Assembly: GCA_004431415.1 (NCBI GenBank)
Contig: QPMI01000487.1
Span: forward strand, 1 to 57,591
Direction of reading: 5' to 3'
Source of the DNA: Cyanophora paradoxa CCMP329
Lineage: Eukaryota; Plantae; Glaucophyta
DNA length: 57,591 bases
The translations under genes and the position numbers were made by a program. The notes under the pieces were generated by a model, which was not told the DNA's origin, ran no database searches, and saw only the letters and a list, made by a program, of their open reading frames with translations. Positions 57,534 through 57,591 of the stretch are shown piece after piece. How positions within the stretch are numbered: the stretch's first letter is position 1; every line of letters starts with the position of its first letter.

Positions 57534-57591
57534 ACTTCTTGCTCATAAATGAGAAAAGCGCCTCAAAGTCTGCCTTTATCTCCTCCTTGGA

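Overview
Eukaryotic, mobile-element-dense window made of nested blocks. (1) ~1-15.6 kb: an AT-balanced, intronless Polinton-like virus (PLV)/virophage-type segment. It carries an A32-type packaging ATPase, a Zn-ribbon/PD-(D/E)xK endonuclease, a double-jelly-roll-type major capsid protein, two head-to-head penton-like genes, three fibre genes and G/C-run palindromic repeats; its left end lies outside the window. (2) 16019-31600: a 15.6-kb, 5'-truncated non-LTR retrotransposon on the minus strand with a poly(A) tail and a 16-bp TSD, inserted into a GC-rich gene. After repairing two -1 shifts it encodes one ~5,000-aa ORF: Pro/Ala repeats, multi-TM region, APE, RT, RNase H and Zn fingers. The RNase H appears split by a ~1,170-aa insert carrying two Ulp1/C48-like protease domains, which is the most novel observation here. 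(3) 32.3-42.4 kb: a 107-bp palindromic repeat, then a ~2.5-kb inverted repeat enclosing GC-rich satellite and a ~720-bp tandem array; repeat copies differ by X-rc(X)-X micro-insertions. (4) 42.4-57.6 kb: a GC-rich virus-like gene block with a YqaJ nuclease, an SF3/D5-like helicase and unknown genes carrying short spliceosomal introns, small membrane/basic proteins and a repeat-rich control region. Many genes have single-base frameshifts at homopolymers, probably long-read errors. All family calls come from motif reading by eye; no database search was run.
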